Numbered from the stretch's first letter, positions 48,759 through 58,541 are shown. The stretch is 64,000 nt of DNA from Candidatus Aminicenantes bacterium (GCA_963702005.1 OY969696.1:3647692-3711691), one strand, 5' to 3'. Translations and numbers: made by a program. The notes: generated by a model not told the origin, from the letters alone.

Positions 48759-49777
48759 TCCCAGCCTTCCTGCGGCTTGATGATGACCTTGAGCGATTCC
48801 CGGCCGTCGATCACGAGCCGGAAGCCTCGGGCGATGTCCTTGAGAGGAAGCCGATGGGTGATCATGTCCTCGACTTCTATCGTCTCCGTTTTGAGGAGCC
48901 TCATGGCCTCGACAATATCCGGCGGTCCGCAGTAGTAAGACGTGAGAATTCTGACCTCCTGCGTCCAAAATTCGTTGAGGGGCACGGAGACCTGCTTCTC
49001 CGGTCCGGGGACGGCGAAGAAGACGACAGCTCCGCCCTTATCAACGCATTTCCAGGCCTGGGCCACCGCGGACAGAGCCGAGGTGCAGAGAATCACGACA
49101 TCCGCTTTGCCGCCGAGCTCGGCCCGCAGTAATTCGGGAACATCAAACGAAGCGTCGCTGGTGGCGTCGGCTCCATTCTTGCGGGCCAGGGCCAGCCGGT
49201 CGGGGTTGACGTCCGTCGCTGCAACGCGGCAACCCTTGGCTTTGGCCAGCTTCACCTGCGGCAACCCCGACATGCCGCAGCCCATGACGAGCACTGTTTG
49301 GCCTTTTTTAACCCCGGCCAAGTTCTGCGCCCGAACGACACAGGCCAGCGGTTCGATAAACGTACTCCGGTCATAGCTCATCGTATCGGGCAGCCGGTAG
49401 GTCCCTTTTTCCACGAGGTCCTCGGGAACAAGAATATACTCGGCATATCCGCCCGGCAGCCGGACCTTGACATTCGGGCAAACGGGATAGTGTTCATCCC
49501 GGCAATAGTGACATTCGAAGCAGGGCACTTTGGGCGCGATACAAACCCGGTCCCCAGGCACGTACTCGGAAACCGCTTCGCCGATTTCGACGACTTCCGC
49601 GCCGATCTCATGCCCCTGGACGAGCGGCGCGCGGGGCAGCCGATACCATTCGACGATATCGCTCCCGCATATCCCGCAGGACCAGACTTTGACCAGCATC
49701 TCGCGCGGACCTGGCTTGGGGCGCGGGACATCTTCGATCCGAATATCCCGATTGTTATACCAGAGGGCGACCTTCAT
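48755..49777 (-). CDS. Zinc-dependent alcohol dehydrogenase (MDR family, threonine/sorbitol dehydrogenase-like); start at MKVALWYNNRD
   Basis: Catalytic zinc ligands (…CGICGSD…H…), structural zinc CxxCxxC (CFECHYC…C), and a GxGxxG Rossmann motif (VMGCGMSG). Confidence 0.85.
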   Translation of the reverse strand: MKVALWYNNRDIRIEDVPRPKPGPREMLVKVWSCGICGSDIVEWYRLPRAPLVQGHEIGAEVVEIGEAVSEYVPGDRVCIAPKVPCFECHYCRDEHYPVCPNVKVRLPGGYAEYILVPEDLVEKGTYRLPDTMSYDRSTFIEPLACVVRAQNLAGVKKGQTVLVMGCGMSGLPQVKLAKAKGCRVAATDVNPDRLALARKNGADATSDASFDVPELLRAELGGKADVVILCTSALSAVAQAWKCVDKGGAVVFFAVPGPEKQVSVPLNEFWTQEVRILTSYYCGPPDIVEAMRLLKTETIEVEDMITHRLPLKDIARGFRLVIDGRESLKVIIKPQEGWE

Positions 49778-49793
49778 GAGGGGACCTGCTTGA

Positions 49794-50681
49794 TCAGGGT
49801 TTTTTCTGTTTCTTGAGCGTTTGAAAAAGGTCAAAGGCCTTGGCCGGAGGCTCATTCTTGTGGACAACAGCCCGGACCGCCTGGATCATGGCCTCGGGCG
49901 CATCCGACTGAAAAATATTCCGGCCCATGTCCACTCCGGCGGCGCCCTCCTGGACGGCGTTGTAGGCCATGCTCAGGGCGTCCAGCTCCGGTATTTTTTT
50001 TCCGCCGGCCATGACGATCGGCACCGGGCATGAGGCGCAAACCGTATCAAAGCCCCGCTCGACATAGTAGGTCTTGATGTAATGGGCGCCGAGCTCGGCG
50101 CAGATCCGGGTGGCCAGCCTGAAGTAGCGGGCGTCGCGGGCCATGTCCTTCCCCACGGCGGTCACGGCCAGGGTCGGGATTCCATAGCGCGTGCCGGCGT
50201 TGACCATGCCGGTCATGTTGATGATCGACTGTCTCTCGAAATCGCCGCCGATGAAGACCTGGACGGCCATGGCGCAAACGTTCAGACGGACGGCGTCCTC
50301 GATATCGACCGCGAGATCCTCGTTGGACAGTTCCTTGAGGATGCTTGTCCCGCCCGAAACCCTAAGGACGACGGACTTGGGCGTGGAGGCCGGGATGATG
50401 GTCCGAAGGATACCCCGGGTCAGCATGAGGGTGTCGGCATAGGGCACGAGGGGAAGGATGGTGAGGTCGACCCGCTCCAGGCCCGTGGTCGGCCCCTGGA
50501 AATATCCGTGGTCGATGGCCAGCATGACCGTTCGACCGGACTCGGGGTTGAAGATCCGGGCCAGCCTGTTTTGCATGCCCCAATCCAGCGCGCCGGAGCC
50601 TTTCAAGAAGAAGGGCTGATTTTTTTGGGGGATATCCGCGCAATAATTCTTGGCTTCCTTGAGGTCGTCGACATCGGGCAT
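49794..50681 (-). CDS. Class I aldolase of the DhnA/FbaB/LsrF/ADH-synthase family
   Basis: TIM-barrel aldolase pattern (…MLAIDHGY…, …HYIKTYY… candidate Schiff-base Lys, …VMAGG…). Confidence 0.7.
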   Translation of the reverse strand: MPDVDDLKEAKNYCADIPQKNQPFFLKGSGALDWGMQNRLARIFNPESGRTVMLAIDHGYFQGPTTGLERVDLTILPLVPYADTLMLTRGILRTIIPASTPKSVVLRVSGGTSILKELSNEDLAVDIEDAVRLNVCAMAVQVFIGGDFERQSIINMTGMVNAGTRYGIPTLAVTAVGKDMARDARYFRLATRICAELGAHYIKTYYVERGFDTVCASCPVPIVMAGGKKIPELDALSMAYNAVQEGAAGVDMGRNIFQSDAPEAMIQAVRAVVHKNEPPAKAFDLFQTLKKQKKP

Positions 50682-51028
50682 TTCGTTTCTCCTTGACGGT
50701 GTGGGGACGGGGGTATTTTATATAAAAATGACGTCCATTGCATCAGTCCATTCGGCAAATTGCCGGAAAAGGCAGAGCTGTAAGAACTCTTTACGCCGGC
50801 GCTCCCAAGCGGGCAGCCTGACCCGACAGGCCGCAGTTTCCAAGGGAGCGGTCAACCCCTCGACTCCCCGGCATGAATGCCGGGGTTTGTTCGGGGTTAA
50901 CCCTGAGCCTCGCTTCTTATTCCCGCCTTTCAGGGCGGCACACACGAACCGTTCCCGGTTCGTGAGTACTGCAAGGCTGGGTAGCGTCGGCGAACGGGTC
51001 ATGGCATAAAATATGCTTAGGTGTTGGG

Positions 51029-52273
51029 ATGAGGACGATCGAACACGTGGGAGTCTTCTTCCTGAGCCGGGTCTCGGCCGCCGCGGCGGTCGTTGCCGTT
51101 ATGGTGCCTGTGCTGTTTTTCGTCCCCGGCGTGGCCCGGCCCGACCGGCCCGTCACGGCCGCCCTCATCGAAGTCCGGATCTTCGAGCTCCTCAACGCCG
51201 AGAGGGAGAGCCGCGGCCTCGGCCGTCTCGAGCTGTCTCGGGATCTTGCGGAGCTTGCCCGCGGCCACAGCCGGGACATGGCGAGAACGGGCAGCCTGTC
51301 GCATGAGTCTTCGTCGGGAAAATCCCTGGGCGAGCGGCTGACCGATTCGGGATTCTTCTTCGAGATGGGAGGGGAAAACGTCGCCTTTTCCGAGACCTTC
51401 GTTTCCGAGTTCATCCACAAGGCCCTCATGGACAGCCCCGAGCATCGGGGCGAAATCCTCAGGCCCGAATACGACCGGGTCGGAATCGGCGTCGCCTACG
51501 CGGCCGGCAAAGGCTACTACCTAACCCAGGATTTCATCCGCTCGCTCATCCCCGTTTCGGCCGGAGAAGCCGAGGCCGAACTCAAGCGCCGGATCAACGA
51601 GGCCCGCGCCGCCAAGGGGCTTGATTCCCTCGTGTTCGTGCCCGAGGCGGACGCGGTCGCGCGCTCCTATTCGGTAAAGAAGGCCGGGCTCGGGACGCCG
51701 CCGCCGGTGGCGAAGCTTCTGGGCGAAGTCACGATCGATTTCGTCACGGCCGGAACGCTTGACCTCGATTCGATCAAGCCCAGCGGCGTCCGTTCATCGG
51801 CTTACGAGGAAGCCGGGCTGGGCATCTGGTTCGGGCGCGACGGCGAGCATCCCGGAGGCGGCTATTTCATCACGCTCCTTCTGTTTAAAAAGGATCCCTA
51901 CCGGCGCATGAAGCGGGATGAGCTGAGGTCGGCCGCCCTGGCCGCCGTTAATAAGGCGCGGCGCCGGGCGGTCCTTCCCGAGCTGGAATTGGACGCCCGC
52001 CAATCCAAGACCGCCGATCAAACGTCCGAGGAGATCCTTCGCGGGACATGGAAACCGCCAGCCGCTCCGACTTTTCGCGGACAAATCGGGCGGCTCGCCA
52101 TGACTCTCCCCAAGACTATCGGTTATATCGTCGACGACCTTTCCCTTATTCCTCCACCGATCGAGACCGACGTCCTCAAAATCCAGCGTCGGAAAATCGG
52201 GATCGGGATCGCCCGCGGGAAGTCGGACACCTTCCCGCGCGGCGCCTACTGGGTGACGATCGTTTATCAGTGA
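51029..52273 (+). CDS. Secreted CAP (SCP/PR-1, YkwD-like) domain protein with a long C-terminal extension
   Basis: N-terminal TM/signal segment; CAP motifs (…LNAERESRGLGRLELSRDLAELARGHSRDMA…, …GENVAF…, …HRGEILRPEYDRVGIGVA…). Confidence 0.7.
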   Translation: MRTIEHVGVFFLSRVSAAAAVVAVMVPVLFFVPGVARPDRPVTAALIEVRIFELLNAERESRGLGRLELSRDLAELARGHSRDMARTGSLSHESSSGKSLGERLTDSGFFFEMGGENVAFSETFVSEFIHKALMDSPEHRGEILRPEYDRVGIGVAYAAGKGYYLTQDFIRSLIPVSAGEAEAELKRRINEARAAKGLDSLVFVPEADAVARSYSVKKAGLGTPPPVAKLLGEVTIDFVTAGTLDLDSIKPSGVRSSAYEEAGLGIWFGRDGEHPGGGYFITLLLFKKDPYRRMKRDELRSAALAAVNKARRRAVLPELELDARQSKTADQTSEEILRGTWKPPAAPTFRGQIGRLAMTLPKTIGYIVDDLSLIPPPIETDVLKIQRRKIGIGIARGKSDTFPRGAYWVTIVYQ

Positions 52274-52411
52274 GACCGGCAGGTCGCGCCGGAAGATCTT
52301 GACTTCGCCCTGCGGCCGAAAGTATCATTCCATCGTGGCCAGGAGGGGAGATTCCTCAAAAGAAAAATCCTATGCAAATAAATTTTTGTGATTCCGAGGA
52401 GGGGAAGGATC

Positions 52412-53933
52412 ATGTCCGCCAAAAAAGGCCTTTTTCGGTTGTTTTTTGCCTTAGTTCCATTGATATCCATTTGTTGGGCGGCTCGGGTCTTTCAACCAGA
52501 CAAAGGGATCAAGTTTGATAAACCCGTCAACATCTCCAAGAACAAGAACCGGCTCGAGACCCAGACGGCGATAGCGGTGGATAAAAACGGGGTCGCCCAT
52601 CTCGCCTGGGCCGGTTATTATTACCGGAAAGGAGCTCCCGACGGAGTCACCTCCGATATTTTTTATTCGAACAACAGAACGGGCTCGTTTTGCAGCCCCC
52701 AAAAAATCCCGGTCTCCGTTGATTGGTATTCAATGGACCCCTCCATCGCTGTTGACTCCAAGGGTTCCGCCCACATTGTTTTCAGGAGGGACTCGAGTAC
52801 GTACGCTATCACGGGTGATGATGATCTTTACTACACATCCAACGCTAAGGGCAGCTTTGACGCTCCCTCCCTTATTGTTGATGGGAATGGCGAAGTTGCG
52901 AGCTCACCAGAGGATCCGATCATCCATATTGATCCTGATAATAATCCGTGCCTTTCGTTCACATCAAATTGCTATCGCGGCAATTGGTCGGAGCTACATC
53001 TTCTCGTTATGAAAAAATCAGGTGGAAAGTGGAGTTATCCTCAGCTCGCCTACAAGTCAGTATGGCTTACTGACTATGATTCTGTGATCGATGGGGACGG
53101 GTATTTCCATATCGTCATTTTATATTTCGGGGAGAAGTACGAAATATATTATACTCACAACAGAGGGGGCGATTTCATTAGTCCTGTTATCGTCCAAGCC
53201 AAAAAGCATAAAGACACTGGCGACCCGAGCATCGCGGTCGACAGCCTCGGGAAACGCTCATATAACCTACCGTGACGATACGGGGGCATTCGGGACACCC
53301 AGATTATTTTACACCAACAATATCTCAGGTAGGTTTTCAGCCCCTGTTCCACTGCTCAATTCTGATCGTTTGCATTTCTCCGCTATCGGCGTCGACGGAC
53401 ATGACTTCGTTCACGTGGCATATAAGCTGCTCCCTTTAAACGGGGAGGGCATGATGTATTATGCCAATAATTACACCGGGAAATTTGTGGAAACGGCCCA
53501 AAAAATGACCGGCATATATTGGTTCCACGGGTCCCGATTTTTTACGGTGGGGCCCTCGTTCTCCATTCATTATGGTTTTTGGGATTTCATGGGAGACGTC
53601 TATGATTCGGATTGCGAAGTATTCTATTTGAAAGGAACGTGCGATCGCCCGCCGGTTCCCATAAATCCCGGCCAATTGGCCGTAACGGTCTTGTCTGCGA
53701 GCAAGATCCGGCTGAAATGGGAAGACGGTTCGAAGAACGAATCGGGCTTCGAGGTCCAGCGCAAAAAAAGCGTTGGCGGGAAATGGACGAAGATTGCCCG
53801 GACTCAAGCCAATGTCCAAACGTATCAGGACCAAGGGCTTGACGCCCAGACGCTCTATAGGTATCGAGTCCGGGCGTTCAATTCGGTCGGCAATTCCTTA
53901 TATTCCAACACGGCCCAAGGAAAGACGAAATGA
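52412..53933 (+). pseudogene. Secreted BNR-like beta-propeller repeat protein with a C-terminal fibronectin type III domain. It is interrupted by a +1 frameshift in an AAA run at 53252-53254, so it is either a pseudogene or a sequencing error.
   Basis: ORFs 52388..53275 and 53091..53933 carry the same ~55-aa repeat (DPSIAVDS.G.AHI…YYT.N..G.F). Deleting one A from 'gggaaacgc' restores …DSLG-NAHITYRDD… in frame. FN3 domain at the C-terminus; RBS GAGGAGGGG before the ATG at 52412. Confidence 0.55.
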
Positions 53934-53957
53934 ACCGTCCGGGGAGCAGCCTTGCGG

Positions 53958-54021
53958 CACTCATGACCCAGAAACGGGTCATGAGTACTGCGAAACGCCT
54001 GCACTCATGGCTTCCATGAGT
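53958..54021 (+). terminator. Two tandem related hairpins (actcatgaccc-agaaac-gggtcatgagt and cactcatgg-ctt-ccatgagtg) downstream of the FN3 protein gene
   Basis: Perfect palindromes read directly; no clear T-tract. Confidence 0.4.
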
Positions 54022-54088
54022 GTCGAAGGATTGACCGAGCAGACTTAATCGCCTATAAATATTATATCTAAAACATAATTAAGGGAGG

Positions 54089-54481
54089 GTGGCCGAAATG
54101 CCAAAGAATGCGGCTTGCATCAAGTTACTTCTCTGGATCGGCGTTGTCGTATTCCTGCTCTGGTTTCTGGCCTTTGCCATCGCGCCCGAACGCGTGCTCC
54201 CCGCCCTGGGTCTTCACGAAAATCATGGGTTCATCCCGCGCTTGTATGGAATCTTCCAGCTGAGTTGGGCCTTGTTATTCTTTTTCGCGTTGAAAGACGT
54301 CGAAAAGAATATCGCGATCATCAATAGCGCCATATTCACCGGAGCCCTGACGGTCATTTTTCTCGTGGTTTACCACATCGCCAAGGTCAAAACGGGCTGG
54401 TTCCTCCCGGCAAGCGCGGCCGTCCTGCTCATCTATACCGCGCTGCTCTATATGTGCAAGCCAAAGGCCGCCCGGCCATAA
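54089..54481 (+). CDS. Small integral membrane protein (4 predicted TM helices), unknown function
   Basis: RBS AAGGGAGGG 7 nt before the ATG; four hydrophobic helices. Confidence 0.55.
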   Translation: MAEMPKNAACIKLLLWIGVVVFLLWFLAFAIAPERVLPALGLHENHGFIPRLYGIFQLSWALLFFFALKDVEKNIAIINSAIFTGALTVIFLVVYHIAKVKTGWFLPASAAVLLIYTALLYMCKPKAARP

Positions 54482-54513
54482 AGCTGCCCGTATCCGGCCC
54501 GCTCACTTTCGCG

Positions 54514-54542
54514 TTCACAAAAGAAAGGGAAAACCCTATAAT
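54514..54542 (+). promoter_or_regulatory. Candidate sigma-70 promoter for tyrS (TTCACA, 17-bp spacer, TATAAT)
   Basis: Read directly: TTCACAaaagaaagggaaaacccTATAAT, about 50 nt upstream of the tyrS ATG. Confidence 0.4.
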
Positions 54543-54594
54543 AGAGGGGCTTGTGCGGGATAATCTTCCGATTCCAGGTGAAGGATCCGCTGTC

Positions 54595-55821
54595 ATGAAA
54601 CCGGTCGCCGAACAACTCGCGTACCTCAAGAAGGGCTGCGTCGACATCATCCAGGAGGACGAGCTCAGGGCCAAACTCGAGCGCTCGGTCCGCGAGAACC
54701 GCCCCCTCAAGGTCAAGGTCGGATTCGACCCGACCGCCCCCGACCTCCATCTGGGCCACACCGTTATCCTCCGTAAAATGAAGCATTTCCAGGATCTCGG
54801 CCACGAAGTCGTCTTCCTGATCGGAGACTTCACCGGGCTCATTGGAGACCCGAGCGGCCGCAACGCGACCCGGCCTCCGATGACCCGCGAGGAGATCGCC
54901 CGCAACGCCGAGACCTACAAGGCCCAGGTCTTCAAGATCCTCGACGCCCACAAAACGATCATCGATTTCAACTCGCGCTGGCTGGGGGCGCTGACCAGCT
55001 TCGAGATCATCCAGCTCGCCGCCAAGTACACGGTCGCCCGCGTCCTGGAGCGGGACGACTTCACCAAGCGCTATAAGACCGGCCTCCCCATCTCGGTCCA
55101 CGAGCTCCTCTACCCTCTTTACCAGGCCTACGATTCGGTCGCCCTCCACTGCGACGTCGAGATGGGCGGCACCGACCAGAAGTTCAACCTCCTGGTCGGC
55201 CGCGACATCCAGCGCGAGTACGGCCAGGAGCCGCAGATCGTCATCACCCTGCCCCTGCTCGAGGGGCTGGACGGCGTCGAGAAGATGAGCAAGTCGCTCG
55301 GGAATTACGTCGGGATCACCGAGCCGCCGGCCGAGATGTTCGGGAAGCTCATGTCCGTGAGCGACCCTCTCATGTACCGCTACTACGAGCTGCTGACCGA
55401 CGAGCCGGCGCAACGGATCGAAGCCTGGAAGAAGGAGGCGGCCGCGGGCAAGGTCAACCCGCGCGACGTCAAGGTCAGGCTGGCCAAGACGGTCATCGCC
55501 GACTTCTGGGGGGCGGAGGAAGCGGACAAGGCCGCCGCGGGCTTCGACCGCGTCTTCCGCGACAAGGAAGTGCCGGACGAGATCGAGGAGAAGGCCGTGA
55601 GCCTCGAGGGCGGGGCGAAGGACGCGCCGCTCGCCCAGGTCTTGACCGACTGCGGGATCTTTCCGTCGCGGGGCGAGGCCAAGCGGGTCATCCAGCAGGG
55701 CGGCGTCTACCTCGACGGCAAGCGCATCGAAGACATCTCTTACCGGATCGACTTCGGCGCTAAGCCCGCCTACGTCCTCAAGGTCGGGAAGAAGAATTTC
55801 TATAAACTCGTCATTCGATGA
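54595..55821 (+). CDS. tyrS: Tyrosine--tRNA ligase; start at [11 protein letters not shown]
   Basis: HIGH-type motif (PDLHLGH), KMSKS, and a C-terminal S4-like domain. Confidence 0.93.
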   Translation: MKPVAEQLAYLKKGCVDIIQEDELRAKLERSVRENRPLKVKVGFDPTAPDLHLGHTVILRKMKHFQDLGHEVVFLIGDFTGLIGDPSGRNATRPPMTREEIARNAETYKAQVFKILDAHKTIIDFNSRWLGALTSFEIIQLAAKYTVARVLERDDFTKRYKTGLPISVHELLYPLYQAYDSVALHCDVEMGGTDQKFNLLVGRDIQREYGQEPQIVITLPLLEGLDGVEKMSKSLGNYVGITEPPAEMFGKLMSVSDPLMYRYYELLTDEPAQRIEAWKKEAAAGKVNPRDVKVRLAKTVIADFWGAEEADKAAAGFDRVFRDKEVPDEIEEKAVSLEGGAKDAPLAQVLTDCGIFPSRGEAKRVIQQGGVYLDGKRIEDISYRIDFGAKPAYVLKVGKKNFYKLVIR

Positions 55822-55824
55822 ATT

Positions 55825-55866
55825 CGGGGTCAAACCTACACTTTGTCACTTTGTGCAAATCTCCCC
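55825..55866 (+). repeat. Family-2 dispersed repeat, single-arm copy (GGGGTCAAACCTACACTTTGTCACTTTGTGCAAATCTCCCC)
   Basis: 19/19 identity of GGGGTCAAACCTACACTTT with both arms of the palindrome at 60884-60954. Confidence 0.7.
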
Positions 55867-55974
55867 CGATGACGCTAATCTGTATCCCTGACTAGGCTCT
55901 TCGCCCGTTATCGCGGGATTCGTTCCAGCCGCGCTCGGCGCAGCCGGCGATATAAACTTCAAGGAGGACTGAGC

Positions 55975-56718
55975 TTGAGACAAAGAATCCGGAACTTCAT
56001 CGTTCTCATTTCTCTGCTGGCCTTCCCTCTAACCCTGAATTATTTCTCTCCCTATCTGAGCATGAGCGGAGCCAGGGAGGGCATTGTCTCGGGAAGCCTG
56101 GCGTTATTCGGGCTTCTTCTGGTCTCATCGCTCATCCTGGGGCGGGCCTTCTGCGGATGGATCTGTCCGGGCGGCTGCCTCCAGGATTTTTGCCAGAGGA
56201 TTAACAACAAGCGCCGGCCGCGCCATCATTGGATTAAGTTCCTCGTCTGGGGACCGTGGTTCGGGATGGTTGTTTTCCTGGCCGTCAAGGCCGGCGGATT
56301 CCACAAGGTCGCTCTCCTTTACATGATGGAGAAGGGAATCTCGGTCAGCGAACCGGCCAATTTTTACATGTACTATACGGTCCTTATCCTGTTCCTGGTT
56401 CTAGCCGTCGCCTTGGGCCGCCACGCCTTCTGTCACTACGCCTGCTGGATGGCGCCCTTCCTGATGATCGGCCGAAAAGCCCGCAACATCGTTCATTGGC
56501 CCGCCCTCCAGCTTCGAGCGCGGACTGAGAATTGCACGAACTGCCTGACCTGCACGCAGGTCTGCCCCATGAGCATCGACGTCAATGCCGAAGTTCAGGC
56601 CGGCGACATGGAGCATTCCGACTGTATCCTTTGCGGCCAGTGCGCGGACAACTGTCCGAGCCGGGTCATCGGCTATTCGTTCGGGCTGAGCGGAAAAAAG
56701 AGCCGCCGTTCTCGATAA
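55975..56718 (+). CDS. Membrane-bound polyferredoxin (NapH/MauN-like, 2x[4Fe-4S]); TTG start
   Basis: TM helices, a CGWICP motif, and two CxxCxxCxxxCP ferredoxin motifs. RBS AAGGAGG 7 nt before the TTG. Confidence 0.7.
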   Translation: MRQRIRNFIVLISLLAFPLTLNYFSPYLSMSGAREGIVSGSLALFGLLLVSSLILGRAFCGWICPGGCLQDFCQRINNKRRPRHHWIKFLVWGPWFGMVVFLAVKAGGFHKVALLYMMEKGISVSEPANFYMYYTVLILFLVLAVALGRHAFCHYACWMAPFLMIGRKARNIVHWPALQLRARTENCTNCLTCTQVCPMSIDVNAEVQAGDMEHSDCILCGQCADNCPSRVIGYSFGLSGKKSRRSR

Positions 56719-56785
56719 GTTGACATCGGCGTCCGGGTATGATAAATGGAATCAGAGACTTGCGATTAGAATGATGGAGGTCAAA

Positions 56786-57055
56786 ATGCCCGCTAAAGCC
56801 AAGAAAAAAGCCAAACCGAAGGTGAAATCCAAGGCCAAGGTTAAAGCCCGGCCCAAGGCGAAACCCCGGAAAGTCCGGACGGTTGTCAAGGTCGTCACCA
56901 AAGTGAAAGAGGCGCCCAAGAAGGCCTACCCGGCGCTCCAGTGCGGAGTATGCGGCTACCGGGTCATTGTGGACGAGGCCTGCGGCTGCGTCGAAGAGCA
57001 TGTCCTGATGTGCTGCAGCCAGCCGATGGCCAAAACCAAGGTCGTCCGCCCGTGA
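56786..57055 (+). CDS. Small protein (89 aa) with a histone-H1-like Lys/Ala/Pro-rich N-terminal tail and a six-cysteine C-terminal motif (CGVCGY…CGC…CC)
   Basis: RBS GGAGG 6 nt before the ATG. KAKKKAKPKVKSKAKVKARPKAKPRK repeats. C-terminus CGVCGYRVIVDEACGCVEEHVLMCC. Confidence 0.5.
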   Translation: MPAKAKKKAKPKVKSKAKVKARPKAKPRKVRTVVKVVTKVKEAPKKAYPALQCGVCGYRVIVDEACGCVEEHVLMCCSQPMAKTKVVRP

Positions 57056-57342
57056 TCATCGCTGAATTGGCGATCTTCCCGACGAGCGAGGGCGCCTCCG
57101 TCAGCCGCTACGTCCGGAAAGTTTTGAAGGTCCTCGAAGGCTCGGGCTTGAAGACGACGACAAGCGCGATGTCGACGACGATCGAAGCCCCCAACCTGGC
57201 CGCGCTTTTTACAGTTGTCGCAAAGACGGACGAGGCTCTGGCCGGGATGGGCGCCAAGCGCATTCACATCGACCTCCGCGTCGATCACCGCCTCGATAAA
57301 GACGCGACGATGGCCTCCAAGTTGGCCGCCGTCGGGAAGTAA
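57052..57342 (+). CDS. MTH1187/YkoF-family (DUF77, thiamine/HMP-binding-like) protein; GTG start overlapping the upstream stop
   Basis: VIIAELAIFPTSEG.SVSRYV…V…L..SGL…T.IEA pattern typical of MTH1187/YkoF. Confidence 0.6.
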   Translation: MIIAELAIFPTSEGASVSRYVRKVLKVLEGSGLKTTTSAMSTTIEAPNLAALFTVVAKTDEALAGMGAKRIHIDLRVDHRLDKDATMASKLAAVGK

Positions 57343-57366
57343 GCCGATAAGCCGGGGCAGCCGGCC

Positions 57367-57406
57367 GAGGCCAAACCTGCACTTGGTCACTTAGTGCAAA
57401 TTTCTC
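57367..57406 (+). repeat. Family-2 repeat, diverged single-arm copy (GGCCAAACCTGCACTTGGTCACTTAGTGCAAATTTCTCC)
   Basis: ~80% identity to the 55825 copy. Confidence 0.5.
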
Positions 57407-57439
57407 CGGGTAGTGCTCATCCAATTTCCGGGTTACTTA

Positions 57440-58420
57440 TCAGAGCAGCGTTCGGGATTTTTCGAGAACGTCCCTGGCGGAATTTTTCCAGACCGCCTTG
57501 GCGATCTGGATATCCTGGACGGCGACGCCGGTCAGGTCCGCGACCGTCGTCTCCCCGTCCGATGCGCGCTGAAACTTTTTCTCCCGGACGACTGCGCCCA
57601 GCTCGACGACGTCCTCGGGCTTGATCGCTCCCGCCGCGAAAGCCTTGAAGCACTCCCCGCGCAGGCGCGCCTGGCTCAGGCTGTCGACGACGACGCGGTC
57701 GGCCATTCTCAATATCGCCGGGTCGAGCTCCTGCTTTTCGGCCGTGTCGGACCCCATGGCCGTGATGTGGGTCCCGGGCCTTATCTGCGCGGCCGTGAGC
57801 AGCGGCCCCCGCGACGGCGTGCAGGTCACGATGAGACTGCATTCGGCGGCGACCTCTCCGGCGTCGCGGGTCGTCCTCACCCGGAATCCGATCGCCTCCA
57901 TGTCCTTTTTATAAGCGGCCAGCTCTTCATCGTTGACGCCCCAGGCCGTGACGTCGCGGCAATCGAGGACGCCCCGGAGGTACTCGAGCTGCATCCGACC
58001 TTGGATCCCGGCACCGAGGATTCCTATCCGCGTCACTTTGCGGGGGGCAAGGTACTTGGCTACGACGGCCCCCGCCGCCGCGGTTCGCACGTTCGTAAGA
58101 TGGCCTTCGTCAAGAAGGACGGCCAAGAGCTCGCCCGTTTTTTGGCTGAAGAGCAGCATCAAACCGTTCGACGACGAAAGTCCCAACTTCGGGTTTTCGT
58201 AGAAGCCCGAGGCGACCTTGATGACGTAGACGTCGTCGCCCTTGACGTAGCCGTATTTGATGTGGACGTCTCCGGGCGGATCCTCGAAGATCATCTCGCC
58301 GACCGGAGGCACGACGACCCGACCCTGCGAATAGGCGACAAAGCCCTCCTCCATGGCGCCGACGACGTCCAGCCCGCGCAGGGCATCCTTGATTTGAGCG
58401 AGGCCGAGTATAACGGGCAT
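57440..58420 (-). CDS. Ornithine cyclodeaminase / mu-crystallin family protein; start at MPVILGLAQIKD
   Basis: OCD family Rossmann motif (…RIGILGAGIQGRMQL…) and overall length. Confidence 0.8.
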   Translation of the reverse strand: MPVILGLAQIKDALRGLDVVGAMEEGFVAYSQGRVVVPPVGEMIFEDPPGDVHIKYGYVKGDDVYVIKVASGFYENPKLGLSSSNGLMLLFSQKTGELLAVLLDEGHLTNVRTAAAGAVVAKYLAPRKVTRIGILGAGIQGRMQLEYLRGVLDCRDVTAWGVNDEELAAYKKDMEAIGFRVRTTRDAGEVAAECSLIVTCTPSRGPLLTAAQIRPGTHITAMGSDTAEKQELDPAILRMADRVVVDSLSQARLRGECFKAFAAGAIKPEDVVELGAVVREKKFQRASDGETTVADLTGVAVQDIQIAKAVWKNSARDVLEKSRTLL

Positions 58421-58454
58421 GATCCGAGTATACTTCAAGTCAGGGTCAGAGCTG

Positions 58455-58527
58455 AAATAATTCTGGGGACACACGACTTAATTACGGGCGTAGCCAATAA
58501 TTAAGTCGTGTGTCCCCAGAATTATTA
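58455..58527. repeat. Family-1 repeat, inverted pair. Two 31-bp units (AATAATT-aagtcgtgtgtccccag-AATTATT) in opposite orientation around a 13-bp spacer, followed by a partial third unit (…cccagaattattaatcg) to 58548.
   Basis: Perfect 28-bp inverted repeat read directly. Lies between the C39-like peptidase and OCD genes. Confidence 0.75.
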
Positions 58528-58541
58528 ATCGCCCAGAATTA

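Noticed and set aside
50682-51028. SRP RNA / RNase P RNA / tmRNA in the long intergenic gap
   Set aside because: Only a weak partial match (GGTCAGG) to SRP domain IV on the reverse strand. No RNase P or tmRNA signature sequences.
54482-54594. Possible T-box leader upstream of tyrS
   Set aside because: Leader of only ~50-110 nt, with no T-box consensus (AATTAGGGTGGTACCGCG-like) or specifier/antiterminator structure evident. A plain sigma-70 promoter explains the region.
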